NCBI GenBank assembly: GCA_963815085.1
Contig: CAWFFT010000056.1
Span: forward strand, 19,872-83,871
DNA: 64,000 nt
From: an uncultured Chitinophagaceae bacterium
Lineage (GTDB): Bacteria > Bacteroidota > Bacteroidia > Chitinophagales > Chitinophagaceae
Direction: 5' to 3'
Both the position numbers and the translations under genes were made by a program. The notes beneath the pieces were generated by a model. It was not told the origin of the DNA and ran no database searches. It saw nothing but the letters and a program-made list of their open reading frames with translations. Of the stretch, positions 63,240 to 64,000 are shown piece after piece. The stretch's first letter is position 1. Each line of letters starts with the position of its first letter.

Positions 63240-64000
63240 TCGGCGGCGGCCTGGCCGGCATCACCGCCGCGATCGCGCTCGCCGAGGCGGGCGCCACGTC
63301 ACGCTGCTCGAGGCCAGGCCGCGGCTCGGCGGGGCCACCTGCTCCTTCAGCCGGGACGGCCTGATCGTCGACACCGGCCAGCACATCTTCCTCGGCTGCT
63401 GCTCGGCCTACCGCGGCCTGCTGGACAAGCTCGGCATGGCCGGGCACGCGCCCATGCAGGACCGTTTCGACGTGACCGTGCTCGCCCCCGGGGCCGACGG
63501 CCAGCCCAGGCGGCCAGGCTCCGCAGGAATGCGCTGCCCGGCCCCCTGCATATGCTGCCGGCTCTCGGCCGCTACCGTTCCTTTCTTTGACCGAACGGAT
63601 GTCGGTTATCCCGCCCGGCTCTCGCGATGCGCCGTGTGGATCCCGCCGAACCCGCCAAGACCGGCAGCGCTTCGGCGACTGGCTCGCCGCCCACGGCCAG
63701 ACCGAACGTTCCCGCCGCGTGCTCTGGGACCTGTTCTCCGTCTCGTCCCTGAACATCGCGGGCGACGACGCCTCGCCTGGCGCTGGCCGCCGTGGTGGTC
63801 AAGACCGGCCTGCTCGGCGAGACAACGCGGCCGACATCGGCGTCCCCGCCCTGTCGCTGGGCGAACTGCACGGCGACGCGGCCGCGCGACGCTGCTCGGC
63901 AAGCTCGGCGCGCCCGGTCAGCCTGGGCGCAAGGTCACCGCGATCGAGCCCGCCGACGATGGCGGGTCCCCCGGGCGGCGGCGCTGGTACCTGGTCCGGC
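63225..64000 (+). CDS. hpnE: Hydroxysqualene dehydroxylase HpnE (frameshifted, 3' truncated; start approximate)
   Basis: VVIGGGLAG.TAA..LAEAG, LLEARPRLGGAT.SF, VDTGQH.FLGCC.AY; follows hpnCD. Confidence 0.8.

Overview
About 61.3 kb of AT-rich Bacteroidetes-type DNA (Chitinophagaceae-like gene content, TAnnTTTG promoters). It carries housekeeping genes (metK, rlmB, a UbiD decarboxylase, uppP, ftsX, leuS, dapB, parAB, dcd, ppa, crcB, phoH, mgtE, rluD-like, lipB). At ~61,293 it joins abruptly to 2.7 kb of very GC-rich, actinobacterial-like hopanoid genes (hpnC-hpnD-hpnE), most likely a chimeric join. Scattered frameshifts, including one in leuS, point to uncorrected indel errors. Two structures stand out. 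(1) An array of small genes downstream of an AraC regulator (28.3-35.5 kb), where five genes are each preceded, 17-23 nt before the ATG, by a copy of a covarying pseudoknot/loop-E-like non-coding motif (AAAACG-GGY..YY-GAAA-RCC..GAGTA-RG), with gene remnants interspersed. (2) A DUF559 endonuclease-like domain inserted in frame in leuS and bracketed by 38-bp GC-rich inverted palindromic repeats; a related solo repeat sits in frame in the UbiD gene.
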